Origin: Candidatus Spongiisociaceae bacterium
GTDB lineage: Bacteria > Actinomycetota > Acidimicrobiia > Spongiisociales > Spongiisociaceae
Assembly (NCBI GenBank): GCA_965219685.1
Contig: CBDCOH010000002.1
Coordinates: 2,880,001 to 2,944,000, forward strand
Direction of reading: 5' to 3'
Length of the DNA: 64,000 nt
A program made the position numbers and the translations under genes. Below are positions 1 through 8,822 of this stretch, in pieces. The notes under the pieces are model-generated. The model searched no databases. It had not been told where the DNA came from and was given only the letters and a program-made list of their open reading frames with translations. The first letter of the stretch is position 1. Every line of letters begins with the position of its first letter.

Positions 1-41
1 GGGCTTCGAACGCCACCCGGAAGCGGTATGGAGGTTGCGTC

Positions 42-1571
42 ATGGCCGGCTCGACGAGGAAGCCCAACGTCCTGCTGGTGATGGCAGACCAGCTGGCGCC
101 GCACTTCACCGGAGCCTACGAGCATCCGCTGGTCCGGACACCGGCCATGGACAGCCTGGTCGAGCGGGGCGCCCGTTTCGACAGCGCCTACTGTCCCTCG
201 CCGCTGTGCGCTCCCTCGCGGTTCGCGATGATGACCGGACAACCGGTGTCGGCCATCGGCGCCTGGGACAACGCGGCCGAGTTACCGGCATCGGTACCCA
301 CCCTCGCCCATTACCTCCGGAGGGCCGGATACCGCACCACCCTGTCGGGGAAGATGCACTTCGTAGGCCCGGACCAGCTGCACGGCTTCGAGCGCCGTCT
401 GACCACCGACATCTACCCGGCGGACTTCGCCTGGACACCCCAGTGGCAGTCGTCCGGCGACCGGATCGACAAGTGGTACCACGGCATGGACAGCCTGGCT
501 GAGGCGGGCCGGGCGTCGGCGACCTACCAGATCGACTACGACGAGGAGGTGGGTTTCGCCGCGGTGAGGCACCTGTACGACATGGCCCGCGACCGCGACG
601 ACCGGCCCTTCCTCCTGGTCGCCTCCTTCATCCATCCCCACGACCCGTACGTGACCAGACCCGAGTGGTGGGAGCTCTACGACCACGACCACATCGACTT
701 TCCCGACGTGCCACCGGAGGATTCCCTCGATCCCCACACACGGCGCATCCGCCGGGGCATCCAGGTCGAGAGCATCGGCTACGACGAGCCCGGCTGCCGC
801 AACGCCCGGCACGCCTACTACGCCAACACCAGCTACTTCGACTCATGGGTGGGCGCCCTCCTGAGAACGCTCACCGAGACGGGACAACTCGACGACACCG
901 TGGTGATCGTGACCAGCGATCACGGCGACATGCTGGGGGACCGCGGCACATGGTTCAAGATGTCGTTCTTCGAGCGCTCGGCGAGGGTTCCGCTCATCAT
1001 GGCGGGACCTGACGTGGTCCAGCGCACCGTCCCCAATGCGTGCTCTCTCCTGGATCTGCTGCCGACGCTCGTCGATGCCGCATCGGGAGACGGGATCGGG
1101 CCGGAGTTGGCCGAACCCCCCGCCGGGCGCAGCCTGTGGGAGAGCGCGGCAGGAGGCCGGGACCCGGTCGACGAGACGACCTGCGAGTACATGGCCGAGA
1201 TGACGACGCAACCGATGTTCATGATCCGCCGGGGGCGCCACAAGTACATCCACTGCGACACCGACCCGCCCCTCCTGTACGACTTGGAGGCCGACCCGCT
1301 GGAACGGGTGAACCTGGCGGGTGACCCCGACCACGCCGCCCTGTCAACCGCCTTCGCCGCGGAGGTGGGACAGAGATGGAACAGCGGCGCCATCCGGGAG
1401 CAGGTGCTCGCCTCGCAACGTACCCGGCAGCTGATCCACGGCGCCATGGAGACCGGCGAACGGACCTCGTGGGACTACGCCCCGGTACGGGACGCGGCCA
1501 ACGAGTACGTGCGCAACCACATGGACTGGGACGTGGTCGGCCCCCGGTACCGGCTCCCGGCGTCCGGCTGA
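42..1571 (+). CDS. betC: choline-sulfatase (Cys-type sulfatase)
   Basis: NVLLVMADQL start, CAPSR formylglycine motif, GKMHFVGPDQLHGFE, WFKMSFFE and C-terminal WDYAP..YVRNHM typical of BetC. Confidence 0.9.
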   Translation: MAGSTRKPNVLLVMADQLAPHFTGAYEHPLVRTPAMDSLVERGARFDSAYCPSPLCAPSRFAMMTGQPVSAIGAWDNAAELPASVPTLAHYLRRAGYRTTLSGKMHFVGPDQLHGFERRLTTDIYPADFAWTPQWQSSGDRIDKWYHGMDSLAEAGRASATYQIDYDEEVGFAAVRHLYDMARDRDDRPFLLVASFIHPHDPYVTRPEWWELYDHDHIDFPDVPPEDSLDPHTRRIRRGIQVESIGYDEPGCRNARHAYYANTSYFDSWVGALLRTLTETGQLDDTVVIVTSDHGDMLGDRGTWFKMSFFERSARVPLIMAGPDVVQRTVPNACSLLDLLPTLVDAASGDGIGPELAEPPAGRSLWESAAGGRDPVDETTCEYMAEMTTQPMFMIRRGRHKYIHCDTDPPLLYDLEADPLERVNLAGDPDHAALSTAFAAEVGQRWNSGAIREQVLASQRTRQLIHGAMETGERTSWDYAPVRDAANEYVRNHMDWDVVGPRYRLPASG

Positions 1572-1696
1572 AACCCTCCCACCACCCGGATGATGTGGGG
1601 CGGTGGACCACTCGGGCTCCGGCATACGCTGGGCGGCTACGCCCTTGTACGGGGTTCAAATAGCGAATACGCCGGGGTCAGGGCGGGATCGGGAGG

Positions 1697-2101
1697 TCAG
1701 AGATCGACGACGCCCGCCGCCCACCGGATCATGCGCCGGGAGAAGCGTCGGCACTCTTCAATGTCCTCTGCAGGCACGGGTCGGGCCCGTACGTACGGCG
1801 CCAGGTAATTGCGGGAGAACTCTTTCACGAACCTCTCGGAGTATCCCTCCAGCACATCCTGCACGCTCTCGTCAGGACACTCCTCCATCAGTTCCCACAC
1901 GCTGTGTGTCCGGGGGAACGGGGTTCCGAGCTTGATGTAGACGGTCTTGAGGGCCAGCTCCGCGGCCGAGGCGAAGTCCCTGACGGCTTCCTTCGTATCC
2001 CCCGTCTCGTCCAGAACCCTCAGACCGGTGGAGTGCCGCCACTCGGCCCGGGCCAGCCACTCCTCGGCAATCTCGCGGCCGCTGTTCGGGAGGTTGCTCA
2101 C
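1697..2101 (-). CDS. HEPN domain protein (toxin-like partner of MNT)
   Basis: AEEWLARAE...AAELALKTV...FPRTHSV pattern of small HEPN proteins; GTG start overlaps the MNT stop (GTGA at 2098-2101). Confidence 0.75.
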   Translation of the reverse strand: MSNLPNSGREIAEEWLARAEWRHSTGLRVLDETGDTKEAVRDFASAAELALKTVYIKLGTPFPRTHSVWELMEECPDESVQDVLEGYSERFVKEFSRNYLAPYVRARPVPAEDIEECRRFSRRMIRWAAGVVDL

Positions 2102-2547
2102 GTCCCGGTGCCCGCCTGTCTGTCGAACACCAGGCGTCCGTCTTCCTGTGCCCACCTACAGGGACTGACGACCAGGTCTCGCATCCGGGTCAGGTCCTCG
2201 ACATCGGTCACGAAGACGTTCACCGGATAGGGGCAGAAGAACCTCGCGACGTATCTGATCTCCTGTTCCCACCGGTCCCAAGTCTCGACAGGCATAGAGT
2301 CGAAGGCGACGAGAAGGTCGATGTCCGAACGGAGCGTGTCCTCTCGACGCACCGTCGACCCGAATACGTACACCTTGTCGGGATCGAACATCAGGGCCAC
2401 GTCGATCGCCTGGCGGACCCAGTCGCGGGGTAGTCCCCGGTATGGCAGGGCATTGCGTCCGTGCCGGAGTGCTCGACGCTGGCGTTCGAGCATGTCCACA
2501 TCCGGATGCTCCACCTCCGGGACCGACCAGTCCGTTCTGACGGTCAT
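2098..2547 (-). CDS. minimal nucleotidyltransferase (MNT) antitoxin-like protein
   Basis: VYVFGS-x-VR...SDIDLLV pol-beta-superfamily motif; coupled to the downstream HEPN gene. Confidence 0.8.
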   Translation of the reverse strand: MTVRTDWSVPEVEHPDVDMLERQRRALRHGRNALPYRGLPRDWVRQAIDVALMFDPDKVYVFGSTVRREDTLRSDIDLLVAFDSMPVETWDRWEQEIRYVARFFCPYPVNVFVTDVEDLTRMRDLVVSPCRWAQEDGRLVFDRQAGTGT

Positions 2548-2893
2548 GGACCGCACCGTAGACCGGTCCGTGAAGCAGAAACCATTCGCGGTCACTCCTT
2601 CCAGGGTTCGATACTGCCCGGCCGTCTCCGGACCGTCCCCCGCTCTTGCCCGGAAGGATAGTTTGCAGGGCTCCTGCGTCCGGTGACTCGACCATGTCGC
2701 CCGGGTCCGAACCCCGCCCGGCCGATGCGCGTAAGCGCCCGATCACCGGACGCCCGCCCAGGGATCCGGCTAGCGCGTCAGTATCCCCCGCTGTCCGGAC
2801 AGGATGCGTCACGACCATTCCCCGGCCCGTGCCACGAGCCTCGCCACGCTGCCGGATCCGGTCGGGGGGAAACCTCACTAGGTGATTGGCTCC

Positions 2894-2928
2894 TAGTCGG
2901 TAGTCGGTAGTCGGTAGTCAGTGATCAG
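2894..2928. repeat. heptamer tandem array (TAGTCGG)3-TAGTCAG-TGATCAG
   Basis: read directly from sequence. Confidence 0.9.
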
Positions 2929-2966
2929 TAATTAACGTTAGAGTGGATCAAATTGCCGCCTTCCGT

Positions 2967-3042
2967 AGCACTGTTTGGCTCTCGCGTCTACGCCGCGGGT
3001 GGCTCTTCACGAAGTGGCAGCCGCGGGGTCCGAGTCCAGGAA
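2967..3042 (+). other. dispersed 76-nt structured element, copy 1 (candidate cis-regulatory RNA or mobile-element remnant)
   Basis: about 6 differences from the reverse complement of 21381-21456; central 34 nt identical. Confidence 0.6.
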
Positions 3043-3150
3043 TAGGTATAGGGGTCATCAATGTTATGCGGCGTTGTGTAACACAACGTAGAGTACGGCC
3101 CCTCCCCGGTCAGATGCCTTGGAACCACTTGTCTAGACTGACGCACCGGT

Positions 3151-4446
3151 ATGTCACGAGTGTTCACGGCCATGGAACGGGGAATGGTGGCACGCCGCGC
3201 CCAGAGGAGGATGGCGGCAGCAGGCGCCGGCACCCGAACCGAAGTGCTGCGCCACCTCGAGCGTCTGCTGCGCGAGCGGGAGGCGGACCTCCTCGCGGCC
3301 AACAAACTCGACTTGGACGCCCCCGGCGCAGACGAGCTTCCCGGCCCCATCCTGAAGCGACTGGCATTGACACCGTCGAAGCTGGAGACCCTCCGGGAAG
3401 GCGTGAGGGTGCTGATCGAAGAACCCGACCCTGCAGGGCAGCCCCTGCTCCGCCGTGAGTTGGACGAGGGACTGGTCCTGGAACAGGTGAGGGTTCCGAT
3501 CGGCGTCCTGCTGATCGTCTTCGAGAGCCGTCCGGACGCGGTCATCCAGATCGGATCCTTGGCTCTGCGGACCGGCAACGCCGTACTGATGAAGGGTGGC
3601 TCGGAAGCCCTCCACTCCAACCGGGCAATCACCGGGCTGCTCCGTGATGCGGTCACCGAGGCGGGCGCGGACCCGGACGTGGTCCAGAACGTCGAGGGCA
3701 GGGAAGCGGTCACCGACCTGCTGGAGTTGGACGAGTACATCGATCTGGTGATCCCCCGCGGGTCCGCCGAACTGGTCCGCTCCATCAAGTCGTCGTCGCG
3801 CATCCCGGTGCTGGGCCACGCCGACGGGATCTGCCACGTGTTCGTCGACGCGGCCGCCGATCCCGCAATGGCGGTGCGGGTGACCGTCGACGCCAAGACC
3901 AACTACGTGGCGGTGTGCAACGCCGCCGAGACCCTCCTGCTCCATCGGGACTTCCCGGCGGGCGCCGCCGTCGTGCAGGCGCTGCTCGAGGCCGGGGTGG
4001 AGGTCCGGGGGGATGACGCCGTCCAACGCATGGCGGACGGCGTGATCGCGGCGAGCGAGTCGGACTTCGGCTGCGAGTTCGGAGATCTGGTAATCGCCGC
4101 CCGGGTGGTGGACGGAGTCGAGACCGCCATCGACCATATACATTCGTACGGGTCGGCCCACACGGACACCATCGTCACCGGCGACGCCGGGGTCGCCCGG
4201 CGGTTCCTCGAAACGGTCGACGCCTCTTCGGTCTTCTGGAACGCCAGCACCCGCTTCGCCGACGGTTTCCGCTACGGGCTCGGAGCCGAGGTCGGTATCG
4301 CCACCGGCCGGGTGCATGCAAGGGGCCCGATGGGCGCGGAGGGTCTTTTCACCACCAAGTGGGTGCTGAGCGGGAACGGGCACGTGGTGGGTGACTACGG
4401 CCCCGGGAAGAGGTCGTACACGCACCGGGATCTCCCCCTGGACTGA
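3151..4446 (+). CDS. proA: glutamate-5-semialdehyde dehydrogenase (gamma-glutamyl phosphate reductase)
   Basis: FESRPD, KGGSEA, CNAAETLL, NASTRFADG..YGLGAEVGIATGRVHARGP motifs; start may be 3172. Confidence 0.95.
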   Translation: MSRVFTAMERGMVARRAQRRMAAAGAGTRTEVLRHLERLLREREADLLAANKLDLDAPGADELPGPILKRLALTPSKLETLREGVRVLIEEPDPAGQPLLRRELDEGLVLEQVRVPIGVLLIVFESRPDAVIQIGSLALRTGNAVLMKGGSEALHSNRAITGLLRDAVTEAGADPDVVQNVEGREAVTDLLELDEYIDLVIPRGSAELVRSIKSSSRIPVLGHADGICHVFVDAAADPAMAVRVTVDAKTNYVAVCNAAETLLLHRDFPAGAAVVQALLEAGVEVRGDDAVQRMADGVIAASESDFGCEFGDLVIAARVVDGVETAIDHIHSYGSAHTDTIVTGDAGVARRFLETVDASSVFWNASTRFADGFRYGLGAEVGIATGRVHARGPMGAEGLFTTKWVLSGNGHVVGDYGPGKRSYTHRDLPLD

Positions 4447-4745
4447 CCAGCGCATGGCAGGTCGCAACGGCTCGGCTTCCGCGCAACTCCAACCACCGGG
4501 CCTCCGGAAAGAACGGAGCCTGGGTCGGCGATGTTTGTGCCTGCGACATCCCGAACTATGCACGACCGGTGTGAAAGGTAACAGCCCCCTTGTCGGCGTC
4601 CGGGTCCGCGAGGAACGGGCGAGCGCCACCCTTCCCATCGAGAGGCGCCGGGTGCTCCCGCGGGCCTTCCGGCCCGGTCGGCACACTCGAGGGGAGTACC
4701 GTCAGCGGCCGATAGCCGGGACACGGCCTTGGCGGTCGGTCTGTT

Positions 4746-5185
4746 TCAGGGCACCAGCAGGATCACAGTCTCGGCCACGCAGGCAGGCCGGTCGCTTCCC
4801 TCCAACTCGACCGTGACCCTCTCGTTCACCCGCACCCCTTTGGCGGTCTCCGAGACCGAGGCCAACTCGGAGACCACCCGCACCCTCGAACCGGCCGGAA
4901 CGGGGGAGACGAACCTGACCCTCTCGAGGCCGTAGTTGATGATCATCGCGACCCCGCTTACGTCGAGGCGGGGGCCGATACCGGGGATCAGGGCGAGGGT
5001 CATGAAACCTGGGCAATGGTCGAACCGAATGGGCCCCGGCTTGCACGCTCGGCATCCACGTGGATCCACTGGTGGTCGCGAGTTGCGTCCGCGAACTTGT
5101 CGATGTCGGCCTGGGTGACGGTGTGCCACTCGCCCACGCCTGTCACCTCGCCGATCCTCGCCTCCAGGTCTTCCTTGACACCCAT
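4746..5185 (-). pseudogene. MaoC-family dehydratase with a 1-nt deletion near 5010
   Basis: N-half ([22 protein letters not shown]) and C-half (GFMTLAL..NYGLERVRF) are in different frames; the conserved IAHG motif is broken. Confidence 0.85.
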
Positions 5186-5323
5186 CGGACCTCCTCCGTC
5201 GGGACGACGCTAACCGCGGCGATCCGGGTCCGGCAACGGCGCCGTGGACACCCATGGTCCGCCTCCTGCCCGACCGGGCGGGCGACGGGAGGTCGGCGCC
5301 CGCGGCCGGAGAGAACGGCTCGT

Positions 5324-6049
5324 TCAGATGCCGCTCTCCTCCAGAGCGACGCGGATTCTCCTGAAGCCCCGGCCCTTGGACTGGATCTTGGTGATCCTCA
5401 CCCTGCCTACCTCGGCGGTGGATCCGACGTGGGTGCCTCCGTCCGCCTGGCGGTCCAGACCCACGATGTCGATGACGCGGATGTTCCGCACCGACGGCGG
5501 GATGAGGTTGACCTTGGTGCGTATCAGGCTGGGGTCCTGGTCAGCTTCCTCACGCGGCATGAACGACACCTCGATGGGGAGCCGGCAGGCGATGGCGGCG
5601 TTGAGCGCCTCCTCCAGCGGGGTGCGGTTCTCCGGGTCCCAGTCGGGCAGCTCGAAGTCGAGCCGACCGTGACCGGGCTCCATGTTCCCCCCGGTCACAG
5701 GGCTGCGGAACCAGTCCCACACCACGCCGCACAGGGCATGCATGGATGTGTGGGTACGCATCAGCAGGTAACGCCGGTCCCAGTCGATCCGTCCCTCTAC
5801 CCGGGCGCCCACTCCGGGCAGATTCCCGTCGAGCCAGTGCCAGACCCCGTCGGAGTCCTGGGTCACCCTGACCACGTCCAAGCGGTCGTCACCCACCCAC
5901 AGAGACCCCCGATCGATGGGCTGGCCACCCCCTCCCGGGTAGAAGACCGTCCGGTCCAGCAGCACCCTCCCGTCGCCCGGGTCGGAGGCGACGACCGCCG
6001 CGGTCATTTCGGATACGTATGCGTCGGTTGAGTAGATCCGTTCCGTCAT
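5324..6049 (-). CDS. alaX: alanyl-tRNA editing protein (AlaX-like)
   Basis: LDRTVFYPGGGGQ, MRTHTSMH, DRQADGGTHV. Confidence 0.88.
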   Translation of the reverse strand: MTERIYSTDAYVSEMTAAVVASDPGDGRVLLDRTVFYPGGGGQPIDRGSLWVGDDRLDVVRVTQDSDGVWHWLDGNLPGVGARVEGRIDWDRRYLLMRTHTSMHALCGVVWDWFRSPVTGGNMEPGHGRLDFELPDWDPENRTPLEEALNAAIACRLPIEVSFMPREEADQDPSLIRTKVNLIPPSVRNIRVIDIVGLDRQADGGTHVGSTAEVGRVRITKIQSKGRGFRRIRVALEESGI

Positions 6050-6137
6050 CCCCTCAACCTACCCGCCCTGGAGGTCATTGCCACCCCCGTCCTGCACATC
6101 GGGGAGTCGGGGACGCTTCCGCAGCCGGACGTGCCCG

Positions 6138-7031
6138 CTACGTTCCGGATCCGGATCCTTCGAGGTCGGCCCGGAAGAAGCGGGTCGTCGGGTAGGCCAG
6201 ATCGACCTCGGGCGTCTCGTTGATCGCTCGAAGCAGATCCTGCCAGATCCTGGACTCGACGAGCCGTCGGCCGCGCGCCGGCACGAGCACGCGTCCGGTC
6301 ACCGTTGCGCCGAAGTCGATCGCCTTCACGTAGACCGCGGGCTCCAGATCCCGGTAGAGGCCGAAGTACTGGTTCGCGGCCCGCTCGGAGTCGGCTACCT
6401 CCACCACCTGCCCGGGATCGGCCGCGTGGCGGTCGATGGCCGCCTGGACGAGTTCACGGGCCACCTCCCAGTCGCTCTCGAATGTGACCGTGACCGGGAC
6501 CTCGAGCCAGATGTAGGGGAATCCCTCGTTGTAGTTCGCCAGCGGCTCGACGAAGACGATGCCGTTGGGAATGTGGAGCACCCGCCCGGTCGTCTGGTCC
6601 GCGTCTACCCAGTTCCCTATCTCTATCAGGGTGAACCGAAAGACCCCGATGTCGATCACGTCCCCCGCATTCGGTCCCACCTCGATCCGGTCCCCGACCT
6701 TGAAGGGCCGGCGGAAGAGGATCAGCACCCAGCCGGCCATGTTCTTTAGGACATCCGAGAGGGCGATGGCGATGCCGGCGGACAGGAGACCGATGAACGA
6801 ACCCGCGCCGGAGAGGTGCTGGGTCCACACCGATGCGAGGACGAATATCACCAGCGCCACCGATATGTAGAAGGAGAGCTTTCGCGCCCGGAAGGCGGCC
6901 TCGGCATCGTTGAGGCGGGTCACCACGGTGCGCAGGACCAGGTACCGGAGCGTGAAGATCAGAACGAGAAAGAGAACGCTGAGGCCGAGGTTGAGCGAGT
7001 TGTCGGAGATCAGGCTCGGGAGGCGTTCCAT
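6138..7031 (-). CDS. mechanosensitive ion channel, MscS family
   Basis: N-terminal TM helices, RPFKVGDRI, HIPNG, AYPT. Confidence 0.88.
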   Translation of the reverse strand: MERLPSLISDNSLNLGLSVLFLVLIFTLRYLVLRTVVTRLNDAEAAFRARKLSFYISVALVIFVLASVWTQHLSGAGSFIGLLSAGIAIALSDVLKNMAGWVLILFRRPFKVGDRIEVGPNAGDVIDIGVFRFTLIEIGNWVDADQTTGRVLHIPNGIVFVEPLANYNEGFPYIWLEVPVTVTFESDWEVARELVQAAIDRHAADPGQVVEVADSERAANQYFGLYRDLEPAVYVKAIDFGATVTGRVLVPARGRRLVESRIWQDLLRAINETPEVDLAYPTTRFFRADLEGSGSGT

Positions 7032-7093
7032 CTCCCGGAGAGGCTAGCCAACGACCGGCTGCGCGGCCGGTCGTCAGACTCCGGATATCCGGA

Positions 7094-7417
7094 TCAACCG
7101 ACCTCGCGGAACTCCCTCACGAGGAGCCGCCGCAACCTGCGGCGCTCGCCCCTGGTGGTGCCGCCCCATATGCCCTCGGTCTGGTTGGTGAACACGGCAT
7201 AGGACAGGCAATCCCACGCTACCTCGCAGGGTTCGCAGGTCTGCTTGGCCCTCTCGACCCCTACGTGGTCCCCTTCGTCGGGGAAAAACATTCCCGGGTC
7301 GAGGTCCCGGCATGCGGCCCGGTCCCGCCACGAGGTCATGCCCTCGACGGCGGGCTCGACGGCCGATGCGACGACGTCGAGAGCCGGTGTACTGATGAGG
7401 ATCTGCTGCTCTTCCAT
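7094..7417 (-). CDS. whiB: WhiB-family Fe-S transcriptional regulator
   Basis: W..RAAC...C..C.V...C...GIWGG.T..ER four-Cys signature; ATG at 7417 fits the promoter at 7427-7452. Confidence 0.92.
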   Translation of the reverse strand: MEEQQILISTPALDVVASAVEPAVEGMTSWRDRAACRDLDPGMFFPDEGDHVGVERAKQTCEPCEVAWDCLSYAVFTNQTEGIWGGTTRGERRRLRRLLVREFREVG

Positions 7418-7426
7418 ACCCCGCAT

Positions 7427-7452
7427 AACACCGGACAAGGGCTATTTGTTCC
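7427..7452 (-). promoter_or_regulatory. ECF sigma (SigH/SigR-like) promoter GGAAC-N18-GTT
   Basis: minus strand GGAACAAATAGCCCTTGTCCGGTGTT; near-identical ends to the motif at 46290-46315. Confidence 0.55.
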
Positions 7453-7513
7453 GTACCGAACCAAAATAGTTTGGGAACGAACGGTAAACGTTAGGTTACA
7501 AACAAACCAGGTA

Positions 7514-8749
7514 TCAGGCCTGGTAGGAGTTCGGAACGTGCCCGGGTTCGTACCGGGCCAGCTCCCGGCGGGCGACCGCCATTATGTGTACCTCATCGGG
7601 CCCGTCGACAATCTGCAAGGCCCTCACCTGTGCGTACATCTGCGCCAGGGGAAACGAATCGGACACGCCGGCGGCGCCGAACAGCTGGATGGCCCGGTCG
7701 ACCACCGCCTTGGCCATCCTGGGGACCGCGACCTTGATGGCGGATATCTCGACGCGCGCCGACCTCACCCCGACCGTGTCGATCAGCCAGGCGGTCTTGA
7801 GCACCAGCAGCCGCGCCTGCTCGATCAGGATGCGGGAGTCGGCGATCCAGTCCTGGACCACACCATGACCTGCCAGGGTCGACCCGAAGGCCTCCCTGGC
7901 CTTGGCGCGGGAGCACATCATGTCGAAGGCCCGCTCCGCCATACCGATGGCGCGCATGCAATGGTGGATCCTGCCCGGTCCCAACCGGGCCTGGGCGATA
8001 GCGAAGCCCGCTCCCCTCTCGCCGACCAGGTTGGTTGCCGGTACTCGCACGCCGTCGAAGTTGATAGTGGCGTGGCCGCCCCGCTCGTGGTAGCCGAATA
8101 TCGAGGAGTCGTGCTCGATCTCGACTCCGGGGGTGTCGAGCGGTACGAGCACGATGCTCTGGCGACGGTAGGGATGGCCCTCGGGCTCGCTCACCCCCAT
8201 CACCAGCGCCACGCGGCACCTGGGGCTGGCAGCCCCCGTCGAGAACCACTTCCGCCCGTGGATCACGAAATCACCGCCCTCCTCGACGATCCGGGTACGG
8301 ATGTTGCGTGGATCCGACGAAGCCACATCCGGCTCGGTCATCGAGATGCAGGAACGGATGGCGCCGTCGAGCAGCGGATACAGCCAGCGTCGCTTCTGCT
8401 CGTCGGTGCCGAACAGGTACAGGGTCTCCATGTTGCCGGTGTCGGGCGCCGAACAGTTCAGTGCCTCGGGCGCCAGGGATGGGCTCCGCCCGGTCACCTC
8501 GGCCAGCGGGGCGTACTCGAGAACCGAGAGCCCGGCCCCCAGTTCCGGATCGGACAGGAACAGGTTCCACAACCCACGGGACCTCGCCTCGGCCTTCAAC
8601 TCCTCCATGATCGGCGGGTGGTGATGCGGATCACCCGCCTCCGCCATCTGCCGCTCGTACACGGCCTCGGCGGGATACACGAAGTCGTCCATGAACACCG
8701 AGAGAGTCGCCTGAAGCTCCCTGACCCGGCCCGAGAAGTCAAAGTCCAA
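7514..8749 (-). CDS. acyl-CoA dehydrogenase (ACAD10/11-like)
   Basis: GLWNLFL, NCSAPDTGNME, MTEPDVASSD, RLGPGRIHHCMR, DGPDEVH. Confidence 0.92.
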   Translation of the reverse strand: MDFDFSGRVRELQATLSVFMDDFVYPAEAVYERQMAEAGDPHHHPPIMEELKAEARSRGLWNLFLSDPELGAGLSVLEYAPLAEVTGRSPSLAPEALNCSAPDTGNMETLYLFGTDEQKRRWLYPLLDGAIRSCISMTEPDVASSDPRNIRTRIVEEGGDFVIHGRKWFSTGAASPRCRVALVMGVSEPEGHPYRRQSIVLVPLDTPGVEIEHDSSIFGYHERGGHATINFDGVRVPATNLVGERGAGFAIAQARLGPGRIHHCMRAIGMAERAFDMMCSRAKAREAFGSTLAGHGVVQDWIADSRILIEQARLLVLKTAWLIDTVGVRSARVEISAIKVAVPRMAKAVVDRAIQLFGAAGVSDSFPLAQMYAQVRALQIVDGPDEVHIMAVARRELARYEPGHVPNSYQA

Positions 8750-8822
8750 CCACTACCTCCGGTCTGAGACACAGAGACGATAGCAATCAGCTGTTTGGCG
8801 CCAACGCAGATCGGGCTAGTTC

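Noticed and set aside
3154-4686. Long antisense ORFs (also 7265-8767, 14759-16276, 17366-18880, 62342-63955 and others)
   Set aside because: Shadow or alternate-frame ORFs typical of high-GC DNA, overlapping well-supported genes, with no family motifs
4447-4745. Possible ncRNA between proA and the MaoC gene
   Set aside because: GC-rich pairing is possible, but there is no recognisable motif, promoter or second copy
4990-5020. Programmed frameshift in the MaoC gene
   Set aside because: No slippery sequence, and the missing base falls in a conserved His codon
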